Of a stretch of 64,000 bases of DNA, positions 11,630 to 23,152 are shown piece by piece. Where the stretch lies: IMG/VR virus record IMGVR_UViG_3300022562_001814, positions 104,738 through 168,737 of that record; one strand, given 5' to 3'. The number at the start of each line of letters is the position of its first letter. Positions within the stretch are counted from its first letter, which is position 1. Under the pieces are notes generated by a model. It had not been told where the DNA came from, made no database searches, and saw nothing but the letters and a program-made list of their open reading frames with translations. A program made the position numbers and the translations under genes. This stretch comes from a virus.

Positions 11630-12055
11630 ATGTCTTCAGATCTAAGAATTGTTAATGGCGATTTTATATTAAAAAATGGTGATTTAGAACAAATTACGGG
11701 ACAAAATAAATTAATTCAAGATATATTAAAAATATGTTTAACAGCTGCCGGATCTAATATTTATCAACCTTGGTATGGTTCTTTCATTTCTAAAACACTT
11801 ATTGGTTCGCATTTATCAACCGATATTACACTTACAATCGCTCAGAGTCAATTACAAAATGCATTAGAAAACCTTAAAAAATTGCAACAATTACAGCTAA
11901 ATAGTACATTACAACAAGTAACCCCAGATGAGCATATAGCAGGTATTAAAGAAGTTAAAGTAAGTAGAAATCAAATAGACCCAAGACTTTTTGAAGTAAT
12001 GATAAAGGTATTAAATAGAGAATTTAAGCAAACAATTGTTACTTTTAGTCCTTAA
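11630..12055 (+). CDS. Baseplate wedge/sheath initiator, gp25/GpW-like
   Basis: GDLEQITGQNKLIQDILKICLT..GSNIYQPWYGS pattern. Start moved to ATG 11630, which follows AAGGA. Directly precedes the J-like gene. Confidence 0.75.
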   Translation: MSSDLRIVNGDFILKNGDLEQITGQNKLIQDILKICLTAAGSNIYQPWYGSFISKTLIGSHLSTDITLTIAQSQLQNALENLKKLQQLQLNSTLQQVTPDEHIAGIKEVKVSRNQIDPRLFEVMIKVLNREFKQTIVTFSP

Positions 12056-12078
12056 CAGGATATATTAATAAGGTAGAT

Positions 12079-15000
12079 ATGGTAGTTATTAGATCAGCCG
12101 ACGAAATTATATTAAATATGATTGAATTGCTAAAAGCAATCAGACCATCAGCTGATAGCAAACCAGGCACTGTAATAAGAGATTTATTTATAGAATTACC
12201 TGCCTCCCAATTGAGTTTATTATATGATACAGTTGCAGATGTATCTGATTTACAATCATTAAGATTAGTTTCTGGATCTGATTTAGATAATTTGCTTTCT
12301 AATTATGGATTATCAAGAAAATCGGCTAGTAAATCGTCAGGATTGGCTTTATTCACATTTAGCTCTATTCCTGCTTCAATTGCCATTAATAAGGGGGATT
12401 TTATATATTCTTCTGGCGGTGACTCATTTGCTGTTGCAAATGGTATAAGTGTTATTCCATCAAATAGCAATTTATATCGTTCAATTGCCACTAAATATAA
12501 AAATGATTTAGATTTTTTGGGTATTTCTGACCAATTTGCAGTTGAAGTCACGGTTCAAGCTACTACTCCAGGTACTGCGGGCAATATATCTAAATATTCT
12601 ATTAATAGTACTTCAACCCCAGGTGTTTCTAATGCTACTAATGTATTTGCTTTTTCTGGAGGAACAGATCAAGAAGATGACGCTTCATTTAGAAATCGTG
12701 GATTAGCCATTTTTAGTGGTTCAAGTACTGGAACATCTTTGGGTTATCGTAATGCGGCATTAACAGATAGCAATGTCATAGACGTGCTGGTTGTAGAACC
12801 AGGTAATCCTTTAATGACAAGAGATGGTACTGTAGTTGTAAAAAATGATGATGGTACATTTACTATTATCTCTGAAGGTACAGGAAATAAAGTAGATATT
12901 ATTATTTTAGGCACTAATTTATCTGAATATACAGATAGTTTTATTTATCAAGACAAAAGTAATAATAATGATCCAACAGATGACAAAAATATTTATGTAT
13001 TGGGACAAATTTCTGGAGATGAAAATAAAACTATTAATCGTCGTCGAATAGATAATATTGCTAATGGTGTTTTACCGGCGCAACCAGTTGAAGAAATATT
13101 AGAAGTTACAGGTTCATTAAGTGGTTCAAATTTCGTTGAAAAAAATGTAGATAGTCTTGGTAGAATTACTGGAAATTATGAATTAATTAAAGATACCGGC
13201 AATGTATCAGGCAGCCCCTTCGGGTTTGATAAATTTCACTGGATAAATGATCGTGTTGAATTATTTGAAGAAGATCGCGTTAAATCAAGATTCAATGGAC
13301 AAGATAATTTAACTTTTACAGATGTCATTCAAATTCCTCAAATTCAACAAAATATTTCTATTACTAATGAAAATAGCTTAGTATCTTCAGGAGATAAGTC
13401 CATTATTCAATTATTACATACTCCTTCAACCAATGTAACAAGAGTATTTAATGTTAATACTGGAGAACGTTATATCGTTACAGATCAAAGCGTTGATGGA
13501 GACGATTCTATTAATACTACTGGAAGAATAAGGATTACAGGTAATACTTTGCCGTCTGTAAGTGATGTTTTACAAGTAGATTATACGTGGGTCGTTGATT
13601 TCGATCCGTTCGTTGACTACGATGGTAAAATTATTAACAGTAATCCCCGTATATCGGATGATAGTATTGATTGGGGATTATCTAATGCTATTAGAAATGA
13701 ATCAGCACTTTTTACTATTAGTGATGATGGCGCTTTCTATAGTGGAAATGTAAAACACCCTGTAGGTGTTATTTTAAGTGCAGAAAAATTTCAACAAGCC
13801 GATTCTTTTATTACTGAAGTATCAACGGGAAATTTTATTGGTAGATTATCTGTAATTATAGAAGAATTATTAGAACCTGTAGATACTGTAAGTGCTATTA
13901 TTTTACAAAACTCCACTTTAGGTGTTTTTAATACCACTGATGCTGATAGTATTATTACAAATGAACGCGTTATTGTAGGATCTGAAATTAAATATAATTG
14001 TACAATAATTTTACCTTCTGATACTCCGGCAACTGAAGGTGCTGCTGTAACTGTATATTTTAATCAATCAGATGTTTTTACAGTAAGCGGTTCTGCAGGA
14101 AATTTTACAGCAAATCAAATTACTATTCCTTCAACTAATGTCGACGTTGTAAATGATACTGTTATTTTGCGTGTTACCTATTTGGCAAATATTCAAGAAG
14201 CTTTAACTGCAAGCATAACTAATTTGCCACTTAGTAGAGTTGGAAATAGTTTTAATAATAATAGTACTACCGGATTTACAAATAATTCTGTATCTAATAT
14301 CATTAGAAGAGAAAATCAAACAATTCAATTAAGTGATGCTAATGATTTAATAGTTACATTAAATATTAATGCTTCTGATTTTGAATTTGCTTCCGATAAG
14401 GTATTACTAGTTGTTAATTTGACAGATAAACAAGAAATTTGGAATCAAGATAATATAGGAACAGTTAGTGTAGATGATGATAACTATTATGTATTAACAT
14501 TTACTGGATATAACACGCCAACTGTTGGAGATAATGTTGGTATTTTTTATACAGCCGATGATATTAAACGGACACAGCCATTTACATTTGATAATTCTCT
14601 TATCAACAAAAGTGTTCAAACATTACAATATGATTCGATTAATGATCAATTGTTTATTGACATTCATTCTTTTATAGATGATTCTGTCAGTTTTTCAATT
14701 ATAGACCCAACTAATGACGTAACCATTGTTGCAAGTACTGGTACGCTTACGGCGAGCACTGCTGATGCAACATTATCCAGCGGGTTTGTAGTATTTGGTG
14801 CTTTAGATGAAGTATTACTTAAAAAGGTAAAAATAGAAAATTCTATTTACCCTAATAATAATGGAATTTATGATATTGTTTCTATTAATACTATTAGCAA
14901 TACTATAACTTTTACAAATGAACTCGGGAATATTAATTCTAATCAAATTAGTATAGTAAGGTTATTAGATAATAAAGAATTATGGACAGATAACGGTGAA

Positions 15001-16146
15001 ATCGATTTAACTGATAATAAATTAATATTACCTTCAACTGCTAATGCAAATGAAAATGACGATGTTGTTGTATTACTTTTTGTTTCTAATAATTTAAGAC
15101 AGGCACCATCTAAATTAGCAATAACTGTTGCTGATCAAATTAATAATACTGGCATAATTACAATTTCTGGCACCAGTATGACTAAAATTAAAGAAATAAT
15201 TTTTACTGCTACTAATACCGGATTTAAACAAACTATTGCTGAAGCTGTTAGAAAAACATTAGGTCTAGCATCTGCTTCTAGCATTCCTTCAACTGTTAAA
15301 TTAGCCAGAATAACAAAATTAGAAAAAGTTACTACTACAACTGGAGGCGAAGTTTTATCTTCAGATGTAACTTATGATATTTTAGGATCTTCCATCAAAA
15401 ATAATATTTATTATGCTAATGAAATGATAGATAATGATACTTTATCTAATTTAGAATTTATTTTACCCAACACTACTAATAATTTAACAAATAGCCCCAA
15501 AATAGGAGATCAGTTTAGGATTACTTGTTATTTTACTACAGATCTAGATAGTGAGAGCTTGTCCTTCACACGTAATGGCACTTTATATACAAATAAACTA
15601 TTTACTTTAATAGATAAGATGTTTGTTTCAAGTGGATTCAATTCGACATCTGTAAGATTTATAGTGTCTTATTTTAATCAACCTGCTACTGGAAGTCGTT
15701 ATAAAGCTTTCTATGATTATACGGCACCAAAACAAAATGAAAGAATTACTATTAAATTTAATTATAATAAATTAATTTCTGATACAACATTTACTATAGA
15801 AGAAGCTCGACCAATTAATGCGGACGTGCTTGTAAAAGCTGCTCAACAGCTATTGGTAGATATCACTATGTATATAGTAATAGATTCAAATTATACTGAT
15901 TCATCAGATACTGTATTACAAAATCTAAAAGATCGGTTAACTACAGCTATTAATACTAATAAATTAGGTGATATTTTAGATGCTTCTGATTTAGTAACAG
16001 TTGCACAAGGTGTAGATGGAGTAGATCGTGCTCGAGTAGTATATTTTAATGAAAATGGTCAAGTTGGACAAGTATTATCGTTAGTTGCCCAAGAAAATCA
16101 ATATTTTGTAGCAAATAATGTTTTAGTGGATCAAGAAGTTAGATAA
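12079..16146 (+). CDS. Baseplate J-like (gp6-type) wedge protein with a large internal insertion
   Basis: PGTVIRDLF, DLDNLLSNYGLSRK, PGTAGNI, GGTDQEDDASFRNR, and a C-terminal SDLVTVAQGVDGVDR. Confidence 0.8.
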   Translation: MVVIRSADEIILNMIELLKAIRPSADSKPGTVIRDLFIELPASQLSLLYDTVADVSDLQSLRLVSGSDLDNLLSNYGLSRKSASKSSGLALFTFSSIPASIAINKGDFIYSSGGDSFAVANGISVIPSNSNLYRSIATKYKNDLDFLGISDQFAVEVTVQATTPGTAGNISKYSINSTSTPGVSNATNVFAFSGGTDQEDDASFRNRGLAIFSGSSTGTSLGYRNAALTDSNVIDVLVVEPGNPLMTRDGTVVVKNDDGTFTIISEGTGNKVDIIILGTNLSEYTDSFIYQDKSNNNDPTDDKNIYVLGQISGDENKTINRRRIDNIANGVLPAQPVEEILEVTGSLSGSNFVEKNVDSLGRITGNYELIKDTGNVSGSPFGFDKFHWINDRVELFEEDRVKSRFNGQDNLTFTDVIQIPQIQQNISITNENSLVSSGDKSIIQLLHTPSTNVTRVFNVNTGERYIVTDQSVDGDDSINTTGRIRITGNTLPSVSDVLQVDYTWVVDFDPFVDYDGKIINSNPRISDDSIDWGLSNAIRNESALFTISDDGAFYSGNVKHPVGVILSAEKFQQADSFITEVSTGNFIGRLSVIIEELLEPVDTVSAIILQNSTLGVFNTTDADSIITNERVIVGSEIKYNCTIILPSDTPATEGAAVTVYFNQSDVFTVSGSAGNFTANQITIPSTNVDVVNDTVILRVTYLANIQEALTASITNLPLSRVGNSFNNNSTTGFTNNSVSNIIRRENQTIQLSDANDLIVTLNINASDFEFASDKVLLVVNLTDKQEIWNQDNIGTVSVDDDNYYVLTFTGYNTPTVGDNVGIFYTADDIKRTQPFTFDNSLINKSVQTLQYDSINDQLFIDIHSFIDDSVSFSIIDPTNDVTIVASTGTLTASTADATLSSGFVVFGALDEVLLKKVKIENSIYPNNNGIYDIVSINTISNTITFTNELGNINSNQISIVRLLDNKELWTDNGEIDLTDNKLILPSTANANENDDVVVLLFVSNNLRQAPSKLAITVADQINNTGIITISGTSMTKIKEIIFTATNTGFKQTIAEAVRKTLGLASASSIPSTVKLARITKLEKVTTTTGGEVLSSDVTYDILGSSIKNNIYYANEMIDNDTLSNLEFILPNTTNNLTNSPKIGDQFRITCYFTTDLDSESLSFTRNGTLYTNKLFTLIDKMFVSSGFNSTSVRFIVSYFNQPATGSRYKAFYDYTAPKQNERITIKFNYNKLISDTTFTIEEARPINADVLVKAAQQLLVDITMYIVIDSNYTDSSDTVLQNLKDRLTTAINTNKLGDILDASDLVTVAQGVDGVDRARVVYFNENGQVGQVLSLVAQENQYFVANNVLVDQEVR

Positions 16147-16156
16147 TTGGATGTAG

Positions 16157-19100
16157 ATGACAAATAATCTTAGAGCTTTATCTATAAATGTTGTAAACAG
16201 CGTATCAGTTAAGGTATTATTTACTGATTCTTTAATTACAACTATTAATGCAGATAATATTACAATCGTATCACAAACGCCTGGCGTACCATCGCCTCAA
16301 GTGTTAAAGGTAAGAGTATTAGATAATATTTTAGAAATTACAACACAACCTTTAACAAGTTTGGCTGGATACTTTATTACATTTGCATCAACAGATACTA
16401 CATTATTTAAATCTTTAAATGGGACTTCGATTTTATTCGAAGACGGTATTGCAAATAAATTATTTTTCTTAGGACCAGTAGAATCTACAAATCCTGTTAA
16501 AGAATATTTTTTAAATTATTTAAGCGAAAATGTATATAATACTGACTCTGGTACTATTTTACATGATTATTTAAATATTTTATCTACTTTATTTGTAAAA
16601 GCTTTATATGATATTAGACAAGCCAAAAATGACAATTATTTATCTATTACCATCACAGATGAAAGAAAGACCCGCGGTGAAACGCCTTTTGATCATTTAA
16701 ATGAAGAAGGGGCTTATGAAATAATTAGGGTTGGTAAGACAGCAACTAATGCTATTTCTAGTTTAAATTTATCTATTGATGAATTTAATACCGATCCAAT
16801 TAGTTTATTACAAGCAGATTTTTCTGAAAGCCTTACAATTAATTCGATTGATAGTGAGGGTATATTTAATATTAATAGTTTTATATTAAATTTATCTAAA
16901 AATTTTGTTATTAAATTAGAATCCGTTACATTTACATATAGTAATGGACATCTTCCATATTCATATGATATTTCAACATATGGTTACCAAATTTTAGACC
17001 AAAAATATGATAGTGCATATGCCTTTAAATATCTGTTATTAGAAAATAACCAAATCAAATTAAGTGATAAAATTTTGGAAGATCCAAATTTCTCCTCTGA
17101 AGAAATTTTTCAAGTTCAAGTTTCTTATAAATATAAAGATACTGGGAGAGTAATTGATTTTGATACTGTAGAAGTGCATAGCGTTGATTCTTCTGGAAGA
17201 GAAGTATTGCCTCCACTATTAAATGTATTTAATTTAAAACACGCTCCAGTTGTTACTAGTGGAAATAAAATTGGAACTATCGGAGATGTAAGTTTTGTAG
17301 ATCAAAACACATTACCAATTTTAAATCAACAACATCCAGCATTCACAACAGAACTAAAATTTAGATTGGATTTCCTTCCCTCATCAATTGGAGAATATTC
17401 AATTGATTATGAAACTGGTACTGTATACGTATTTGGAGAATCTTCAGCAAATGATGGTACTGGTGCTACCCCCCCACTTGCAATATATAATTATCGTCAA
17501 GTCTTTAAAGAAGATATTGATTGGGTTGTGGATACAAGCACGAGTGATTTAGTTGCTTTAACAGCTGGTAGTTTAATTGGTAATGAAGCTGATATTATTT
17601 TTAATTTTGAACAAGTGCTTGCACAAGATATTGATTATAAGGCGCAAATTCATATTGAAGTATTGGATGAAAGAATTGATAATAATTTATTAGCACTTAA
17701 TGTATTAAGTGTTCAAAACCCCCCAATCACGAATGTATTTAGAGTGTATAATGAAACTACTGGAGAAATTTATCCAGTTTCTCGTTGGAATGATAGTAAA
17801 GTATTTTTTACATATAATAATCCGCCAAATATAGAAGAATTTTTAGGCGAAAGAGCTTCGTTTGAAGAAGTTAATAATGAAATTATGTTTGTTAATACCG
17901 TACTTGATACGGTTGTACCCACGATTAAAATATTTAAAATCATATTAAATAATAATAATATAATTGCTCAATCTGAAGATTGTATTGGAGCATCATTTAA
18001 TACAAGTGTTTCTTTGTCTAATAATGAAATATTTACTACAGAATTATATTTTGATGGACTCCAATCAGAAACATTAAATTTATCTAGATTAACAACTGTA
18101 GGGTATTATTTTATTGATTACCAAAATGGTATCGTATATTTAACTGTTAGTAGCGATCAAGATTTTAACATAGGAACTATTTCTTATAAACGTGGATACA
18201 TAGCAACAAATTATCCTCATATTACAAGTGTAGAAGATATTTATTATCGTATCACTACATTATCTGCTAAAAATAAAACTTTCGAATATACTGATTTTGA
18301 TGATGGGTTTATTTTACCAAAATCTTTTGATTTAGCTGATGAGCAAATTTTATCCCAAGATACTAATGTTTCATATATTGTTTCATCAAATAAAATTGGG
18401 GCTTTAGTTGATTCTGAATTTGTACACACTGTTACAGATGATATTTTATTTATCAGATCTATATATGAAATAGAAGATTTATTAAATAATATTTCCCCTC
18501 TTAATTTTACTGAGGCGGCAAGTTTTACAAATCGTTCGATTACAATAACTCCAATAGAAAAACAAGAATATCACACAGTAGAATATGATGGTTATGATGG
18601 TTATCATTTATATTTAAATACCGGATTACAATACTTATCATCAAATATCACTCTTGATGTTCAGGTAGTTAGATTAACAGATCAGGCAGATCTGTGGGGA
18701 GGTATTGGAACTGTTGTTTTAGGTAATTTAGTAAAACTTATACTACCAGGCATTAATTCTCCGGCTATTGGTGATTCGGTGTTAGTTACATACAGTTATA
18801 CTATAAACGATTTATCACATGTGGTTGTTGATTATAATAAAGGAGAATATTATATAGATTATACCGCCTTAACTGATGAAATTATAGTTAGTTATGAATA
18901 CGGTGCTAATGCATTAGATTTTAGAGAATCAAGTGCGTTAAATGCCGGTGATACTTATTATGTGAGTTATAAAGTTGGAGCACTTCGAGATGCATTGCTT
19001 AAAAATTTTGGAAGTTTAATAGATATTGATATTTTAAATGTATTTGATGTTACTTTCTCTAGAGAAAGATATCGAGATGCTATTACAGCTGCTATGCATT

Positions 19101-22100
19101 CTTTTTCAAAAGGACCCACTGTTGCTGCGATAGAAAATATCGGATCTATTATATCTCATTTACCAGCAGAAGTAAACGAATCGGTATTTGAAAATTGGTC
19201 GCTGGGCGAAAGTTTACTAAATCCACGCAAATTTAATTTAACAGGTAATTTTGATTTAGAAGTAACAAAATATAATGAAGGTATACTTATTGATCAAAAA
19301 GATCAGTCTATTAGTTTACCAGCCATATCTAATTTAAAATTGGATGAAGGTACGTTTGAAACGTGGATTAGGCCGCACTGGGACGGATTAGATAATCTTG
19401 CAGAATTAAAAATTGTTCCACTAAAGGACGGGTATTTAATATCTGAATTGGAAATTTTTATTGGAGCATTAGAATATCATCCAACTTATGAAACCGATTT
19501 AGATACTGGAGAACAATTCTTTACGTTAGATAAATTCAAGCAGGTCGGAGGTATCCCGAATAAAAATAAAGATGGTGTATATTTTTATTATGATCGAGAT
19601 CCAGTTGGTAATTTCAATAGATGGTTTGTTGAAATTATAGACGGATATGCTAATGACGGATATGTTATAGATGGTTATGTAAGTAAAAAATATAGTTTAA
19701 CACTACATACTAATGGTAGGTTTTATGATATTAAATCAACTACAGACCTTCAACCAAGTACGACCAAAATTACAAGTGGTACCAACAAATTATCTTTTGT
19801 AGTTAATTCTGTATTTCCTAATGAAGGAATTACTTTTGTGGCTGATTTGCCGCATTATATAATAGATTATGCGGAAGAAGAAAATAAAAATAGATTTTCT
19901 ATTTTTAAAGATGAGTCTGGTTATTTAAATTTTAAAATTTTTGATAAATTTAAAACTAGTTATACTATAAGTGCCAATGTATCTGATTGGATACATGATG
20001 AATTACATCATGTGGCGGCTTCTTGGAAACTGAATACAAAAATGGGTAGAGATGAATTGCATCTATTTATAGATGGGTTCGAGGTTCCAAATATTATAAG
20101 ATATGGAGATCGTATTAAGCCATATTTACATGAAAAATTTAGAACAATTAATCCAGAAGAAGTTGTTGGAGCTATTACTAGTAATATTGTTTCATCTAAT
20201 GATTTAACAACTATAGTTGGTTCCACACAAGTTATATCTTCTCTTAATTTCAGCGCGTACGGTATCGTTATTGGGGATATTATTTATATAGAAGAGCCAG
20301 GATTTGATGAAAATGGATATTTAATTACTTTCGTAAATGGTAATACTTTAACTTTAGATACGGTTATGCCAGTAACTATTACTGATGGGACATTTTCCGT
20401 TAATAAAACCGCATTTGATGTATCTACTGAAATAGATGTATTTCCGAATTTCACGGTTTCTTTACTACATTCATTTTTTAATTATAATGATTTAGAAACT
20501 GTAATTGGATCTAATATAGTAACTAGTTCTACAGTTGACTTTGTAGCAAATAATGTTGTTCCTGGAGATTTAATTCGTATTAATGATTCATCATTTGAAA
20601 AACATTATATAATTTTAGATGTAAACCCAAATTCATTAATTTTAAATGATGATATGCCGAACAGTTTGTCCGGGTTGTCATATAATATTTATCATAATGA
20701 AGAAGAAGAAATTCCCGGATTGCGTGCCCTTTATCCTTCATATGAGTTATCTAAATCCACTGATGGATATTTTACAAATATACTTACTATTAGAAATGAT
20801 GCACTTATAGATGATTTGGTACTAATTAGAACCTTGGGAATCAACCATAGAAAAGTAAAAAGACGTTATTATGTTTGGGGTAATCAAAGCAATATTCTTA
20901 AAACAAAATTACCAACTCCAATTTCACTAGATGAAGTAAAAATTAATAAAATATTAATACCCACAACATTTATTGGTCCGAGTAATTCTACTTTAATGGG
21001 TGGAATATTTACTTCTAATAATATTTTATCTGATTTAACTTCTAATGGTGTAAGCGGAAGGACTTTATCAGTATCAATTCAGGGAGATAATATTGATTTT
21101 ACCACCTCAACGACTGTTGATATAAATGGTGTTGTTGTTGATACTGCAGGAGTCCCTTCTGTTATTACAGAAACGCTTACGTTTACGGAACGTGGGATAC
21201 AAGATACATTAAATTTATTTGCTCAAGTCAATTATGTAATCGTGACTTGTAAGCCAATTAAAACAACATCTAATGCAGCTGTTCTAGAAATTAAAGAAAA
21301 ATATCCCATTACCAAAGCAGAAAATGTAGACTGGTTTGTTATTTCATCAAGTAATATACCACAAGCGATCGTACGATACAGTTATCAGGTAGGTGTAGGC
21401 AATAGTTTATATAGTGATGGTTATCAATTAGGTGATGGATATTCTGTAACAGATGATAATAATTTTTTCTCTAGCAGTGTTGTTGGGGATTATTTGATTA
21501 TTCATAATCCTCTATCAGTGGCTGGATTTTATAAAATTATTGACGTGTCTGATGATCATACAACTTTAACATTAGATCCTAATACTACTGGAAGTTTACC
21601 ACTAACATCTTTTACAGATGGGTATTATGAAATTTTAAATACAATTGATTTTAGAAGCGGACTACAGAATGGATATTTTACTTTTGAATATCTTGCGCTT
21701 CCCGGTGAACCATATTTCTTAACCGAAGGTTTATATGAGTTAGATTATTATACCTATTTATCAATTCCTTTTGATTTGCGTCCTGATGATATGTACATTG
21801 GTAGTAATTTTAATGGTAAATTACAATTAAATGGTGTAATAGATGAATTACAAATTTTAAATATTAAGCTTACTGATACGAGAGTTGGGGAAACTGCGGC
21901 TAAAAGCCAACGTACTATTACTAAAGAATTTAATTCATTGAAAGCATCGGAAACGGACGCAAATTCATTAGTATTATCACATTTTGATACTGTTCCACCA
22001 ATTAATGAAGCTGATGTTTATCGATATGCCGATCAAAATATCATTCAATCTGGTGAAGTAATTAATGATAATTTTACTCAAAGCATTTGTTTAATTGATA

Positions 22101-23140
22101 ATCCGCTTGTAATAGATAATGACGGAATTTTAGATGTTAAAAAACAAGCTACTATAGAATTTTGGGTTAATCCAATTTTTGATACAAATAACGATCCCAA
22201 TTATAGATTTTATTTTGATGCCTTCGGTGAGGTATCAGAGCATTTGGTAAGCACTAACAATGTTACTATTGATTTAAAGGGAACTGCATCTGAAGTGTTA
22301 GGTGTACGTTTAGAAGTAGATGGGCAAAATATTGATTATTTTGCGGGAGGAGAACTTATAAATAACGGGTCTACTATTTTGTTACACAAAGCATTGCCAA
22401 ATCAAAATACCAATGTTATTGTATCATATATACCCAAGGGTCTAAAAGGTGATAGAATTTCTATATTTAAAGATCCTTATGGATATATGAACTTTAATAT
22501 AAGAGCTAATGAGGTTGACTATCAAGTTAGGTCTCCAATATTCTGGGTTAGAAATACTTGGCATCGTGTTAAAGTTAGTTATAAAATCAATGGTGGTACG
22601 ACCGCAGATGAACTTCATCTATTTTTGGATGGATATGAACGAGGTAATATATTATTTGGTAGTGATTTATTGTTTGGTCAGGGATTGATATACGGCTCTT
22701 CATTTGCGGGCCCAAATCAAGTTAAATATAATATTAAATTTACAGATGCTATTAATCAATTTTTTATCGGTTCAGATTATAATCGTGGTAATTCAGCTTA
22801 TTGTTTGATAGATAACTTAAGAATTAGTAATATTTCTAGACCATTATATCAACCTTTTGGTGAACCATTAGATCCAAATTATTCTAGTAATACTACAATG
22901 ATATATCCTATTACCGAAGATCTTAATACAACTTTACTACTTAATTTTGACACATTAATTAGTAAAAACGAAGATTTTGTTACTCTTAATAATAGAGCTT
23001 CTGGATTAGCTGATTTTTCAGTTACTATATCGGATTCATTAGATATAATAGATGATAATAGTAAAATTAAAGAAGTTTTAGAAACATTAATTAAATCTTT
23101 TAAACCGGCAAATTCAAGGTGTTATATAATATATAATTAG
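16157..23140 (+). CDS. Giant baseplate/virion protein with LamG (concanavalin A-like) domains
   Basis: 2327 aa. Two sets of LamG-type motifs (GTFETWIRP, HHVAASW, LHLFIDG, IDELQI; ATIEFWVNP, WHRVKVSY, LHLFLDG, IDNLRIS). Wedge-like motifs ERYRDAI..KGPT and FKPA at the C-terminus. Confidence 0.65.
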   Translation: MTNNLRALSINVVNSVSVKVLFTDSLITTINADNITIVSQTPGVPSPQVLKVRVLDNILEITTQPLTSLAGYFITFASTDTTLFKSLNGTSILFEDGIANKLFFLGPVESTNPVKEYFLNYLSENVYNTDSGTILHDYLNILSTLFVKALYDIRQAKNDNYLSITITDERKTRGETPFDHLNEEGAYEIIRVGKTATNAISSLNLSIDEFNTDPISLLQADFSESLTINSIDSEGIFNINSFILNLSKNFVIKLESVTFTYSNGHLPYSYDISTYGYQILDQKYDSAYAFKYLLLENNQIKLSDKILEDPNFSSEEIFQVQVSYKYKDTGRVIDFDTVEVHSVDSSGREVLPPLLNVFNLKHAPVVTSGNKIGTIGDVSFVDQNTLPILNQQHPAFTTELKFRLDFLPSSIGEYSIDYETGTVYVFGESSANDGTGATPPLAIYNYRQVFKEDIDWVVDTSTSDLVALTAGSLIGNEADIIFNFEQVLAQDIDYKAQIHIEVLDERIDNNLLALNVLSVQNPPITNVFRVYNETTGEIYPVSRWNDSKVFFTYNNPPNIEEFLGERASFEEVNNEIMFVNTVLDTVVPTIKIFKIILNNNNIIAQSEDCIGASFNTSVSLSNNEIFTTELYFDGLQSETLNLSRLTTVGYYFIDYQNGIVYLTVSSDQDFNIGTISYKRGYIATNYPHITSVEDIYYRITTLSAKNKTFEYTDFDDGFILPKSFDLADEQILSQDTNVSYIVSSNKIGALVDSEFVHTVTDDILFIRSIYEIEDLLNNISPLNFTEAASFTNRSITITPIEKQEYHTVEYDGYDGYHLYLNTGLQYLSSNITLDVQVVRLTDQADLWGGIGTVVLGNLVKLILPGINSPAIGDSVLVTYSYTINDLSHVVVDYNKGEYYIDYTALTDEIIVSYEYGANALDFRESSALNAGDTYYVSYKVGALRDALLKNFGSLIDIDILNVFDVTFSRERYRDAITAAMHSFSKGPTVAAIENIGSIISHLPAEVNESVFENWSLGESLLNPRKFNLTGNFDLEVTKYNEGILIDQKDQSISLPAISNLKLDEGTFETWIRPHWDGLDNLAELKIVPLKDGYLISELEIFIGALEYHPTYETDLDTGEQFFTLDKFKQVGGIPNKNKDGVYFYYDRDPVGNFNRWFVEIIDGYANDGYVIDGYVSKKYSLTLHTNGRFYDIKSTTDLQPSTTKITSGTNKLSFVVNSVFPNEGITFVADLPHYIIDYAEEENKNRFSIFKDESGYLNFKIFDKFKTSYTISANVSDWIHDELHHVAASWKLNTKMGRDELHLFIDGFEVPNIIRYGDRIKPYLHEKFRTINPEEVVGAITSNIVSSNDLTTIVGSTQVISSLNFSAYGIVIGDIIYIEEPGFDENGYLITFVNGNTLTLDTVMPVTITDGTFSVNKTAFDVSTEIDVFPNFTVSLLHSFFNYNDLETVIGSNIVTSSTVDFVANNVVPGDLIRINDSSFEKHYIILDVNPNSLILNDDMPNSLSGLSYNIYHNEEEEIPGLRALYPSYELSKSTDGYFTNILTIRNDALIDDLVLIRTLGINHRKVKRRYYVWGNQSNILKTKLPTPISLDEVKINKILIPTTFIGPSNSTLMGGIFTSNNILSDLTSNGVSGRTLSVSIQGDNIDFTTSTTVDINGVVVDTAGVPSVITETLTFTERGIQDTLNLFAQVNYVIVTCKPIKTTSNAAVLEIKEKYPITKAENVDWFVISSSNIPQAIVRYSYQVGVGNSLYSDGYQLGDGYSVTDDNNFFSSSVVGDYLIIHNPLSVAGFYKIIDVSDDHTTLTLDPNTTGSLPLTSFTDGYYEILNTIDFRSGLQNGYFTFEYLALPGEPYFLTEGLYELDYYTYLSIPFDLRPDDMYIGSNFNGKLQLNGVIDELQILNIKLTDTRVGETAAKSQRTITKEFNSLKASETDANSLVLSHFDTVPPINEADVYRYADQNIIQSGEVINDNFTQSICLIDNPLVIDNDGILDVKKQATIEFWVNPIFDTNNDPNYRFYFDAFGEVSEHLVSTNNVTIDLKGTASEVLGVRLEVDGQNIDYFAGGELINNGSTILLHKALPNQNTNVIVSYIPKGLKGDRISIFKDPYGYMNFNIRANEVDYQVRSPIFWVRNTWHRVKVSYKINGGTTADELHLFLDGYERGNILFGSDLLFGQGLIYGSSFAGPNQVKYNIKFTDAINQFFIGSDYNRGNSAYCLIDNLRISNISRPLYQPFGEPLDPNYSSNTTMIYPITEDLNTTLLLNFDTLISKNEDFVTLNNRASGLADFSVTISDSLDIIDDNSKIKEVLETLIKSFKPANSRCYIIYN

Positions 23141-23152
23141 AAGGTACGTATA